DNA of 63,413 bases, the filler included, from Chiloscyllium plagiosum (lineage: Eukaryota), in assembly GCF_004010195.1 (NCBI RefSeq). It is 3 parts of one record of this genome, joined end to end, with 100 filler letters (N's around TTAATTAATTAA, not from the genome) between each part and the next. Parts side by side here need not be neighbours in the genome. Positions count along the whole stretch, not along the records: positions 1 to 18,469 come from NC_057712.1; positions 18,570 to 44,133 come from NC_057712.1; 1 more part is not named here. One strand, written 5' to 3'. This document shows positions 12,192 through 24,273 of this stretch, piece by piece. How positions within the stretch are numbered: position 1 is the first letter of the stretch; the number at the start of each line of letters is the position of its first letter. The notes beneath the pieces were generated by a model. It saw nothing but the letters and a program-made list of their open reading frames with translations. It did not search any database and had not been told where the DNA came from. Position numbers and translations under genes: made by a program.

Positions 12192-12892
12192 TGTTACATC
12201 ATGGGGTAAACTCTCCTTCTTAACTTAAAACCAGCAACAGAGAAACGATTTATCCCATGCAGTAATCGGTGAAAATTTGATAGTCCAAGAATTAGTTAAA
12301 GTAAAAATTAACAACTTTATTTCTTAAAGTATAACAAAAAATTATTAACTAACAACTAATAACAACTCCTTCCTCTAACCTATCTTTTATCTTCCCTTCT
12401 ATAGTTCTAGTCCAATAAGACTCCCGATCATGATTGACAAAACAAAATTTGTAATCTCAAATCAGGCAGCTTTCGGTTCTTCTCTGTATTCCTATATTCT
12501 TTTCTTCTTCTTAGGGATTCTGCTTCACAGGTTACTGATCGATAAAAGTACCTCTGAGAGAATTATTTTTCAGGCAGTCTTTTTACATGCTGATGGCTGG
12601 CAGTTTTCCTCCCAACTGTTCCATTTTCCCCTGGTCTTATAACCCTGGATTGTGTCATTGGCTTTTAAGATTGTCAATATACAAAATTCAAACTGGTTTG
12701 GAGTTTGGTATTTTTCGAGGTATAATTTAAACTGATTGGCCTAATTTGAATCTGTTTTGTCATTTCCAAGCAGCAAGCTAGTTGAGTTGTTCGACTAAAT
12801 ATTACATTCTTTTTCAGAACACTTGGTACTGCCAGGTAGTTCTGTTGCTTTTAACTCTCTTAAAGGTATAGTACACCCACATCTTCATAACA
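12192..12892. mobile_element. Solo LTR, probably Ty3/Gypsy type
   Basis: Terminal inverted TGTTA...TAACA and a perfect 4-bp TSD CATG (12188-12191, 12893-12896); 701 bp, non-coding. Confidence 0.8.
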
Positions 12893-14529
12893 CATGTTTT
12901 CCTTGCAATCTGTGGTCTGTGTTGTTTCCCTCCACTGACACTCATGACCTGACAATGAACCAGTAACACATACATGAGAAAACAATCAAGATTGTATTAT
13001 TCTGAAAACGTCTAGGACATGGATGATAAAATGGATGACAGCAAGTCAGAATTATTCAGTCCAGTCTTACCACAAGTATGTGATGCATATTGCCCTGGGA
13101 GTATTTCACCACAAATTTTGTTTCGATTTTTACAGAGATCCAGTTGTACGAACTGTTGCCACCACTTGTGCTGTGGTATCTTACAGCATGAATCACTGAC
13201 CTCAAGAGGAAAGGAAAAAGAAAGGACTTGTGTTTATTTTTCACACTTCCTGGTCCCAGGACGTTACAACACTTTACAGCTAATTTAGTACGTCTGTTAG
13301 GGGTAGTCACCGTTGAAGTGCAGGGAAATGCAGCAGCTAATTTGCATATAGCAAGGTTTTATGAACAGCACTTGTATATCTGGTCAAGTCATCTGTTTCT
13401 TCAAAAGTTAGCTGAGGGATTAATATTGGCCTGGAGACTGGTAGAGGGGCCCTGCTCATCCTCACATAGTCCCATGAGAACATTTACTTCACTTAAGAGG
13501 GCACACAAGATCTTGGTTTAGAGCCTTATTTAAACAATTGCAACTTTGGCAGTCCAGCACTCCTTAGTAAATGCCCTGGAGTGTCAAGCTGCAAGGAGTT
13601 AACCTTGACTTTGACCAAGTGTTGTAGACTGGCACATTCCAAGGTCCAGGACCACTTGCTAAGAGATGCACTAAAGCTTGGGGCAGCTGCCACCAAGGCA
13701 CAGTGGGGAAAGATCACTGTCTGAGGTCTTTCTGCTGGAATTAAATGGGAGTCTGTTCAATTATCGGACCCTGTTGGTGCCTCAAATACTTCTGAACATA
13801 GTCTGCTTCAAGTAAGGGAGCCTTTGGTTTGCTTTGGATAGAGTCAAACTCCAATGTTTATTTGTTTCTTTGCTTTGCTACTGTACAGAACCAAACTGTG
13901 TTTGTGACTAAGTGTAGATATAAAGACTTTTACTATGAATAAAGTAAATTCTAAAATTAAAAAAAAATCAAGCTGCATTTTGTGTTCATGTCTTAGGACT
14001 AGGATTTCAACTCCCATTCTTCTGAATAAAAGATGGCAGAGAAAGTGAAGAAAGGGAGAGATTTAGTTTGGCTCCATGCAGAGTACCTTGAACTGCAACT
14101 GTTTCTGCTACAACTACGTACGTGGTTTGAGTATCTGTGCAGAAATCTGAATACAGCTTTCAGAAAGTACAACTCTGGAAGATTTCACTCCACAGGTCTT
14201 TTGTTATGAAATCTATGTGCAAAGTATTTCTCACCTTCATCCATTATTCTTGAAATCAAAAACAGTAGTCTCTTCCCGATGCAGCCAAAATCATTTTTGT
14301 TTCCCTTTTTAGAAGCCGACTGGTAAATGACACATTTCCTTCCATGTGCACACAGTATCTCACCCCCACCAAGCCATGCCTGTGACACAGATTTTCCTTT
14401 CAAGTGATTCAGCTTGAAGCAAGTAGGGGGCTGAATGTCATTACACAATTTTGGTGTTTTACTTACTACTAACCACACTGATCTGTGCAAGTCGTCGTTA
14501 AATGTATATTTGTTTGTTTTAGCTAATTT

Positions 14530-14878
14530 GGGTGGCACAGTGGCTCAGTGGTTAGCATTGATGGCTCACAACGCCCAACTCAGGTTCGATTCAAGCCTTG
14601 GGTGACTGTCTGTGTGGAGTTTGCATGTTCTCCCTGAGTCTGTGTGGGTTTCCTCCGGGTGCTTCGGTTTCCTCCCACAGTCCAAAGATATGCAGGTTAG
14701 GTAGATTGGCCATGCTAAATTGCCCATAGTCTCCACAGATGTGCAAGCTAGGTGCACTAGCCATGATTAATGCAGGTATAGAGGGGCGGGTTTGGGTGGA
14801 CACTCTCAGAAGGCTGATGTGGACTCGATGGGCCAAATGGCCTGCTTCCACACTCCAGGTACTCTATAATTCTAAATC
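14530..14878 (+). mobile_element. HE1-type V-SINE (tRNA-derived)
   Basis: A-box tggctcagtgg, B-box ggttcgattc, V-domain gtgtggagtttgcatgttctccc...gtgggtttcctccgggtgc...ttcctcccacagtccaaaga, and a CR1-like 3' end. Confidence 0.9.
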
Positions 14879-16702
14879 TCAGTAATTCACTCATTAAAGG
14901 GGGAATACAATAGCATTGTTGTTGTGTTATCACAACTAATCCCAACACTGAGTACACTGCTGCTTGTAGGGAATTTAAATTTAACTTTCTAAAAGCCAAT
15001 ACGTTATTTTAAGAAAACACATCTGTAATGGTAACTTAATGTACGAAAAGAACACAGCCACTTCATTAAGGCCCTTTTGGAAAAGACTACGTAAGGACTC
15101 TATCTTTTTATTTTTCTATCCTTTTGATTGACAAATAGGAAAAGAGCTGTTTTAGATTAAGAAAAAACAAGGATTGTAGAAAGGATTGTTGTACTTTTAA
15201 AACAAAGTTGCCTAACACTTACTCTAAGTGTTGTTTGCACTGCTATTTGTTCAAGCAGTGGGAGAAGTCTACTTACAGTCAAGCAAGAGCTAAACCATGT
15301 GTGATTTAAAAATGGTGATTCAGTCAGCACTAAGTAGCTGATTGGTCTGGGAAATGGTGACTCATTGACAATGGAAAAGGCCTTCTGCCTGCCAGCAAGT
15401 TTGTGATTGGCTCCCAGGTAACTGAACATCTTGAGTGTGTGATTCTTGGAGCTAATCCATGGCAATGTGGCTGATTCTTCCCTGCCCTCTGAGATAACAT
15501 AACAAACTAAACAAATGTATTAAATCAAACAAAATAAAGATAACACTGAATATGGCACTCAGCCTTAATCTAGTGTTGGATTTGGATGTAACAAAGGCAT
15601 TATACCCTAGCTAACCCCGTAAAGTTTCCTTCAGTAACATTTGATGACTTGAGGGCTATTCCACAGACTAGTCAAACAGCCTATCATAGTCAAAATTGCA
15701 GAAATATACCTTTCAGCCAATCTCCCAGAATGTTTCCTCAGCATTCCTGGGTATGTCCTGATTCAGCAGCATGAAGGAACAAACAAAACCGAGGTGCTGT
15801 TGCTGTGGTATGCAATCTGAGAATTTCTTCATTGCTCATTTTTTCCAACTGACTCACTCTACCTTTCTCCAGAATCACATTGCACAATTTGCTTATCATT
15901 GGATGTCTGTTTTTCTCATAGCCCATGTTTCATTCTGTGCAACAAGACCATCCAAATTACAGCCTTGATAGTTCATTTCTTAAGACCTGTACCCATAATT
16001 ATGCTGAATAGTTCAATTTTGGAAAATGTATTTATTACTATTGCTATTCTTGCTCTGACTTCTGTATTGTAGTAACCATTTTTTGACAAATTACTTAGCA
16101 GATGCAGAGTACATCTGTTCCAGTCAGTAATTATTTATCTTGATCTCTACTTTCCACTATTTTTCCACCAATCATAACTTTTGTATGTTCACACTACTTT
16201 TCATTGCATAATCTTCCACCAACTCATTTGTTCTGACCATCACTATCCAGAATCATTGCGTTTTACAACATGGATGATGCCCTTTGGCCCATCAAATTGG
16301 ACCAGTTATCAAGCACCTATCCACACTAGTCCCATTATCCAGCACTTGACTCACAGCCTTGTATATGAAAGTGCTTCAAGTGGTCATCTAAATACTTCTT
16401 GAAAGTTATCATGGTTACCATTCTACCAACCTTAGGCATTGAGTTTCAGATACCACCTCCTTCTGGGTGAAGAAAGTACTTTCTTAAATACCTCCTGTGT
16501 TTTACCTAAAATCTATGGCCCCAGTTGATTGATCTCTCTATTAAGGAGAAAACATTTCTTCCTTTGTACTCAATTAATGACCCTCAATACTTTGCTATGT
16601 CCAGAGAGGATTGGAAAATTAATGTCAAGGCTACTTCAATCTGTTCCGTTGCCTCCCACAGAATACAACTCATCTGGGCCTCAGGACTTATCCAATTTTA
16701 AG

Positions 16703-16903
16703 GACAAAAGTGAGGACTGCAGATGCTGGAAACCAGAGTTTAGATCAGAGTGGTGCTGGAAAAGCACAGCAGGTCAGGCAGCATCTGAGATTAGGAGCAG
16801 GAGCACTTCCTGATGAAGGGCTTTTGCCTGAAACGTTGATTTTCCTGCTCCTCGGATGCTGCCTGACTTGCTGTGCTTTTCCAGCACCACTCTGATCTAA
16901 ACT
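16703..16903. mobile_element. Palindromic PLE derivative (family A)
   Basis: Inverted arms with the tail on the left arm only. 16-bp TSD cttatccaattttaag (16687-16702, 16904-16919). CTGATGA-A-GGGC-TTTT-GCCT-GAAAC-GTT from 16810. Confidence 0.85.
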
Positions 16904-17671
16904 CTTATCCAATTTTAAGCCCATTAAAATCACTAGCATCTCTTCTCAATTGTAATTTGTTCAAGTTAATCATAGTCCTGTTCCCTAATTTATATACTAA
17001 CGTTGTTCTTCTCTGTTATGAATGCGTGATAAAATAGTCATTTCAAACTTCACCTCCATCTTCTGACTGCACCCATAGTTTGCCACTTGAGTACTTACTG
17101 GACCTTATTTTTTCCCTGGTGATCCTCTAACCTCTGATATAATTAAAAAAACATCTTTGGATTTTCCTTTACCTTACCCTCCAGTGTTTTTTTTATGCCC
17201 CCTCTTTGCCTTCCTAATTCCTTTTGTAAGTAACCTCTTGCAATTTCTATTTGCCACTGAGCTTTTGGTGTTCCGAGCCCACATTATCTATTGTAACCTT
17301 CCCTCTTTTCCCTTATCTAATCTTGGACATTCCTTGGTATCCAGGGTTGTCTGGATATTTTTGTCCCACTCTTTATTTTTCCAGGAACTGTTTCTATTCT
17401 GAAAGACTTCCACAGCTCTAAAATGATTTTCCTGGAATAATCTGCTCCAAGTTTACTTTGGCCATATCCTGCCTTGTCATATTAAAATTGCCTTCACCCA
17501 ATTCAAAACCTTCATTTCTGATTAATCTTTGTCCTTTTCTCTAATTAGTGTAAATTTCACTGAGGTATGGTCATTATCACAGAAATGTTCTCCCACTTAA
17601 ATGTTTGCCACTGATCAGGCTTCAATCCCAAAATTAGACCTAAACCTGCCCTGTCTCTTGTAGGACTTCCC

Positions 17672-17817
17672 TCTTGCAAGGATGCCTGCCTTGAAGAAGT
17701 TTTCCTCCTCTCTCTACAAGGATCTACTCTATGCTACTTTCTCCCCACCCCCACCCTTCTCTCATTTATCTCTCTACCCTGCAGGCACTCTGCCTCTATT
17801 CCTGATGAAGGGCTTTT
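17672..17817 (+). mobile_element. PLE pLTR fragment truncated inside its hammerhead
   Basis: ...ctctgcctctattcCTGATGAAGGGCTTTT (core 17802-17808), followed directly by a CR1 tail on the opposite strand. Confidence 0.75.
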
Positions 17818-18469
17818 AGAGTCATAGAGTCATAGAGATGTACAGCATGGAACAGACTCTTCGGTCCAACATGTCCATGCCGACCAGATATCCCATCCCA
17901 CTCTAGTCCCACCTGCCAGCACCTGGCCCATATCCCTCCAAACCCTTCCTATTCATATACCCAGCTAAATGCCTCTTATATGTTGCAATTGTACTAACCT
18001 CCACCACATCCTCTGGCAGGTCATTCCATACACGTACCACCCTCTGCATGAAAAAGTTGCCCCTTAGGTCTCTTTTATATCTTTCCCCTCTCACCTTAAA
18101 CCTATGCCCTCTAGTTCTGGACTCTCCGATCCCAGGGAAAAGACTTTGTCTATTTATCCTATCCATGCCCCTCATAATTTTGTAAACCTATATAAGGTCA
18201 CCCCTTAGCCTCCGACGCTCCAGGGAAAACAGCCCCAGCCTGTTCAGCCTTTCCCTGTAGCTCAGATCCTCCAACCCTGGCAACATCCTTGTAAATCTTT
18301 TCTGAACCCTTTCAAGTTTCACAACATCTTTCCAATAGGAAGGAGACCAGAATTGCACGCAATATTCCAACAGTGGCCTAACCAATGTCCTGTACAGCCG
18401 CAACATGACATCCCAACTCCTGTACTCAATACTCTGACCAATAAAGGAAAGCATATCAAACGTCTTCTT
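17818..18469 (-). mobile_element. CR1 (HER1-like) LINE 3' part
   Basis: Minus-strand ORFs LYRTLVRPLLEYCVQFWSP...LERVQKRFTRMLPGL and RGNFFMQRVVRVWNDLP, with a (CTCTATGA)n tail. Ends at the linker. Confidence 0.92.
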
Positions 18470-18569
18470 NNNNNNNNNNNNNNNNNNNNNNNNNNNNNNN
18501 NNNNNNNNNNNNNTTAATTAATTAANNNNNNNNNNNNNNNNNNNNNNNNNNNNNNNNNNNNNNNNNNNN
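18470..18569. other. Artificial scaffold linker N44-TTAATTAATTAA-N44
   Basis: Exactly 100 nt; the central 12-mer puts stop codons in all six frames; identical copy at 44134-44233. Confidence 0.95.
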
Positions 18570-18901
18570 CCGAGAACTCTGTGGGAAACTAGAGAAGTGA
18601 TTGCTGGGCCTCTTGCTGAGATATTTGTATCATCGATAGTCACAGGTGAGGTACCGGAAGACTGGAGGTTGGCTAACATGGTCCCACTGTTTGAGAACGG
18701 TGGTAAGGGGGGAGGGGGGGGGATCTAAGATGGCGGTGATCTGAGAAGATCACACTGCAGAGCTTCACATCGCAGCAGGAGCAGGACGGTCCTTCAACCC
18801 ACCCAACCCAGGTCATCAGGATTTCTTGGGGCATTGGAAAGATTGCGGAGCCCCAAGAAACATTTAAAAATTGACTTACCTGTATTTTCAGCTGTCCAGA
18901 A

Positions 18902-19689
18902 ATGCCTAAACAGGGAGGAGGAGCATCGGAGGCCGGGTCTGCAGCTCAGCCTGCAGCAGCCTTGGAGTCGATTACTCTCCAGGACCTGGTGAACCAGCTC
19001 TCAAAATCTCGCGAGATGTTGGGGAAACAGATTGAAGAGAAGCCGGCTCCAGTCTCTCATGCTGCAGAAGCATGAGCAGCAGCTGGGAGACCTGGTGAAG
19101 AGGACGGATGAGGTGGAGCACAGGGTCACAGAGGTGGAAGCTGATGCCAGTTCATCCGAGGATGAGATCCAAGCCCTGAAGACGCAGGTTCGTAATTTGT
19201 GTGATCAAGTGGATGATCTTGAAAACAGGGGCAGGAGAAAAGACATTCGGATCATCGGTCTGCCTGAGGGTAAGGAAGGTGATTGGCTTGTGGAATTTGT
19301 TGAAGATTGGCTTCCGAAATTCCTTGACTTGGAGACTGGCATGAGAGGGCTCACCGGGTCGCAGCACAGAGGTCGGGTCTGGGTCAATGCCCTCGTCCTT
19401 TCCTGGTGCAGTTCTGGGATAAGGAGAGAGTCATGGAGGCTTCCAGACTCCGGGGAAGAATCCAAAGGCCCTAGCTTACAAGGAGTCTAAGATCATGTTT
19501 TTTCAGGACTTTTCAGCGGCGGTTATCCAGAAACGAAAATCATATGATGGTGTCAAGAGAAGATTGAAGGAGCTTGGGATTCAGTACTCCCTGAGATATC
19601 TGGCAGTGCTTCGGATCACCTTAGATGGATCCATACATCTCTTTGACACATCGGAGAAGGCAAGAGACTTTGTGGACAAACTAACCTAA
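18902..19689 (+). pseudogene. L1 ORF1p (coiled coil + RRM + CTD), frameshifted
   Basis: ATG at 18902 (MPKQGGG...), coiled-coil region, DDLENRGRRKDIRIIGLPEGKEG and FFQDFSAAVIQKRKSY motifs; split across frames. Confidence 0.88.
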
Positions 19690-20293
19690 TTTAAACAATT
19701 GTAGTATGTATAAATATTGTTGCTTGGGTATGCGTTTATCATTCTGTAAAAGAAATGGAGGAAATCCAGTTGGAGCTTTGTTTTTCCCCTTTTTTTTGCC
19801 TCTATTGATAATAATTTGGTTCAAACTATGTCTGGCGGTGGTTAAGATGTACATTAAAAATTTCTAAGTTAGGACATACCAAAGGATGGATGGGGTATTT
19901 ATTCCCCTTTTTTAAATAAAAGAATGTTTTTTTATTCATATTGATATTCTATGAGGTGTTTATTCTTTTTAGCTTGTGCTTGCGATGCGGCTCTAACTGG
20001 GAGAAGTGAAGGTGGTTGAGGTGGTTAGATGCCTATTTATGGGCAGTTCGGGACGGGTAGTTGCCCCCTCCGGGTAGGGGGTGAGTTCCCCTACTCAGCG
20101 CTATTGGCGCTTTATATGTTGGTTTGTTTTCTGTTTTTGTTATTTTCTATTTTTAATAATTTTGTATGTTTGTTAAATGTAGTGGTATTAGTTTATGTAG
20201 TTTTTATATTTGGTGGACCATGCGACACTAAGGCTCAGCAATTTGTGGTTCAGATTCTTCCTCTCTGGAATTTAAATGTAATTGCAGAATATT

Positions 20294-23200
20294 ATGGCTA
20301 ATGATTTGATTAAATGGTGTACCTGGAATATCAAGGGAAATCACTCATCAATTAAGAGGAAGAAGGTACTCTTGAGTCTTAGAAAGGAGAAGGTGGATAT
20401 TGCTTTGTTACAGGAGACATAGTTGGATGACAAGGAGCATCTGAAATTACAGCAGAATGGCTTTGAGTTTATTTTTCATCATAAAATGGATGAAAATAAG
20501 ATAGATGAGCTTGAGGCTCTTTTGGAAATTGGCAGATACGATATTGTGGGGATAACTGAGACGTGGCTTCAAGTGGACAGGGCCTGGGAAATGAATATTC
20601 AAGGCTATATGGTGCAGGCTTGAAGGGCAGAATGGCCTACTCCTGCATCTATTGTCTATTGTCTATCATTTAATACCAGAAGTAGGGGAGTGGCTATATT
20701 GGTAAGGAAAAATCTCTCATTTAAATTGTTGGAATGTGTTAAAGACGAATACGGGAGGTTTATAATTCTTAAAGCCTTGATAAATGGGGAAGAATATGGC
20801 ATTTTAAATGTTTATTGTCCCCCAGCTCATCCTCTTAAATTCTTGGTAGATGCTTTTTCTAAACTGATAAGTCTCAAGTCTCGGCACATCATTGTAGGGG
20901 GAGATTTTAACTGCCTCATGGACCCCACAGTAGTCAGGTTGCCTAAAGGTCCCTCAATACCCTCTGCACAAACTAAACAGTTATTGGGTTTGTGTGGGGA
21001 ATTAGGGTTGGTGGACATCTGGAGATGTCTCCACCCTACAGGTAGGGATTTCACATTTTTCTCCAATCCGCACAGATGTCACACGAGGATTGATTTTTTT
21101 CTGACCTCTGTGGTAAAACTGGATCTGGTGACATCTGGTACGATTGGTAATATTGCCATCTCTGATCAGGCTCCAGTGTACCTCATGGTTAAAATTAAGG
21201 ATGTTACAGTTGATTCAAGGTACTGGCGGATGGACCCCTTTATTCTCATGGACAGCAAGTTTGTGGAGTATTTCTCTAGGGAATTTCGGGCATTCCTAGA
21301 CATCAACATAGGCTCGGTTGATAGCTCATCCGTTCTCTGGGAAACTGCCAAAGCTTATGCCAGAGGGTTAGTTATTTCATATTCTACAAGTAGGAAGCAG
21401 CAGAAGGGTGAGCAGCAACGTCTCCTTGAAGCAAGGTTGAAGGCAGCCGAGAAGGCCTATTTTGACAGACCCTCATTGGTCAAACTACAGAGGGTTATGG
21501 CACTGCAGTCTACACTAAATTCCTTGCTCACACAGACGGCAAAGAAGGAGCTGGCTTTTGCAAAGCAAAGGTTATATGAGCATGGTGACAAGCCAGGCAA
21601 ATACTTAGCATACCTTGCCAGAAAGAGAAGTGCCCCACAAACCATTACAGCGATTAGGGAACGGTCTGGGAACCTAACATGTGATTCTAAAAAGATTAAT
21701 GTGGCATTCCAGAGATTCTACTCTAAGTTATATCAGTCTGAGAATTGTGAGGAAGGGCAGGCCAAAATGGAATCCTTTTTTAGAGATCTGAAGTTCCCGG
21801 GTGTGACTCCCGAACAACAGTCCTTTCTCAATGCCCCATTATCAAAGCAAGAAGTGCAGGAAGCTGTGAGGCAGCTTCAGAGTGGAATGGCGCCCAGTCC
21901 TGATGGACTTCCCAGTGAATTCTATAAGGAATTTATAAGTATACGGTCAGGCCCAATGCTGAATATGTTTAATGATTTATACAGTCATGTTTGTCTCCCA
22001 CCATCTCTGAGGCCAATATTTCACTCATCCTTAAAAAAGGGAAGGACCCGGAAGACTGTGCTTCATACAGGCCCATCTCACTCTTAAATGTGGACTTTAA
22101 GATCCTCTCTAAGGCTCTCGCGTTAAGGCTGGAGACTGTGTTACCCTCTATTATTAAAGAGGATCAGACGGGCTTCATAAAGGGTCGCAGATCCTCCAAT
22201 AATGTTAGGAGGCTGCTTAATGTAATTCAAGCATGCCAACAGCAGTCAATACAAGGATTGGTGATTTCTTTAGATGCAGAGAAGGCATTTGACCGAGTTG
22301 AGTGGCCGTACCTTTTCTATACTCTAGACCTGTTTGGTCTGGGCGAGGTTTTCATAAGATGGGTAAAGGTTCTCTACAGTGTACCTCTCACTGCGGTCAT
22401 TACCAACGGGGTACGATCAAGCAATTTTAATATTTCTAGGGGCAGCCGGCAGGGCTGTCCCCTTTCACCATTACTTTTTACGTTGATGATTGAACTGTTG
22501 GCAGAGGCCATTTTTGGGGATCTCAATATATCAGCTCGTGGGGTCAAAATTACATAAGATCTCGCTGTATGCAGATGATATTCTAATTTTCTTGACAAAT
22601 CCAGCAGTCTCAGTGCCTTGCCTGATACAATGCATTCACGCGTTTGGCGCTTTTTCAGGGTATAAGATTAATTTTGCTAAATCAGAGGCTATGTCTATGG
22701 GTGGTCTTACGAAAGACTTGGCTCTTGAGAGTGACTATAGATTCCCATTTAGGTGGTCACGGGGGGCTTTGTGTATTTGGGCATATTCATTACTCCAGTT
22801 CTGGATTGGCTGTTCAAAGCCAATTTTACTCAATTATTTGAAAAAACTAAACAAGATCTCCAAAGATGGGAGGCACTTCCAGTCTCATGGTTGGGTCGGA
22901 TAGCGTTTATTAAGATGAATATTCTCCCTCGTTTGCTATACCCTATACGGATGCTCCCCCTGATTTTCAATAAACAAACACTCAGGAGACTGAACAGTTG
23001 GTTCAGCTCCTATATCTGGCATCGTAAACGTCCCCTCATTAAATTAACCAAACTGCAGTTGCCTCACAGATTGGGGGGAGTTGACCTTCCGGACATTAAA
23101 AATTACCAATTAAGCTCGCTCTTGACCTATGTAAGTGATTGGGTTTGTGGGGACCCTCTTTCAATATGGCTAGATATCAAAGTCCCCCAGGCAAGATGCC

Positions 23201-24273
23201 CCCTTACCAGTTTGCTGTTTTTGGACAAGGTGAGGACAGTTAGGGAATATTGCCATAACCTAATAGTCATCAATACTGTTAAAGCATGGAGGGCAATTCA
23301 GCAGAGGGAAGGTAATATTGGCAAAACATCTTTGTTTACACCTTTAGTGGGTATGCCGAGTTTTCAACCAGGTATGATAGATTCAGGATTTAAACGTTGG
23401 GCAGCTAGGGGTATATCTTGCATTGGTGATTCATTTGAGGGAGATGTAATGATGTCCTTCGATCAGTTAGTACGGAAGTAAGAGTTACCTAATAGAGACC
23501 TCTTTCGTTTTTTTCAAGTTAGTGATTTTATTCAAAAAAAGACCACATTTTTGACTGATCCCTACAAATCTGACATAGAAAGAGAAGTACTAAGGGCTAA
23601 GAGTACACTCTCTGTCAGTATTCTATATCACCAATTGGGGGGTGCCACCTCAGATGAGTCTGATCGACTCTGCAAGATATGGGAAAGAGAGCTGGGTGTT
23701 GACGTTTCTTCAGAGACATGGGAGGATATTTGGGAGAATGCAAGGAAGATATCAACTTGCAATAGGACCCATGCTTTACAGTTGAAGATTCTCCACAGGG
23801 TCCACTTAGCCCCAGACCGTTTGTCAAAATTTAAACCAGGGGTATCTTCAGCATGTCCCAAGTGCAAGGTCTGTACAGGTACTCTTACCCATTGTCTTTG
23901 GTCTTGTGACAGGCTTCAAACATATTGGAGCGCTGTGGTGGGTGCAATGGGGAGAATTTTAGGTGTAGGGGTGGAGAAGGACCCTATTTTGCTCCTTTTG
24001 GGCCTACCCATTGTATTTCCTGCAGACTCGCATCAGGAAAAACTTTTTAATATTCTTACATTCTGTGCAAGGAAGAATATCTTGCTAGGTTGGATATCTG
24101 AAAACCCCTCAGGCCTGTCAGGTTGGCAGAAGATTGTTATGGAGCATATTCCCCTGGATTTTCTCACAAATATGGTACATCACAAAACTGAGAATTTTTA
24201 CAAGACATGGCAACCCTTTTTGAAATACATGGACACAGATTTATCTGCCACACTAACAAGGGCTTTTATATAA
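20294..24273 (+). pseudogene. L1 ORF2p (APE endonuclease, RT, C-terminal zinc knuckle), disrupted
   Basis: WCTWNIKG, LLQET, GGDFN, RIDFFL, YRPISLLNVDFKIL, LDAEKAFDRVEW, RQGCPLSPLLF, LYADDILIF, CPKC...HCLWSC. Several stops and frameshifts, plus an insertion at 20483-20664. Confidence 0.93.
20483..20664 (+). mobile_element. Internally deleted mini-CR1 inserted in L1 ORF2
   Basis: CR1 endonuclease start (NKIDELEALLEIGRYDIVGITETWLQ...NIQGY) fused to a CR1 3' end (gaagggcagaatggcctactcctgcatctattgtctattgtct). Flanked by ATCAT at 20478-20482 and 20665-20669. Confidence 0.75.

Noticed and set aside
845..14330. Chain of possible minus-strand exons (acceptor near 980, exon ~13071-13200, donor near 14235), e.g. 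PEX7 or a divergent transcript
   Set aside because: Only splice-like signals are present. The 13200 acceptor is an atypical GAG, the peptides resemble nothing I recognise (no WD40/PEX7 motif), and a linker separates the region from MAP3K5. RNA-seq would be needed.
14530..14600. tRNA gene
   Set aside because: The A/B boxes belong to the tRNA-derived head of an HE1/V-SINE; it continues into the V-domain and recurs several times in the window.
18514..18525. Biological TTAATTAATTAA motif (PacI/homeobox site)
   Set aside because: It is centred in exactly 44+44 Ns twice, so it is an assembly spacer.
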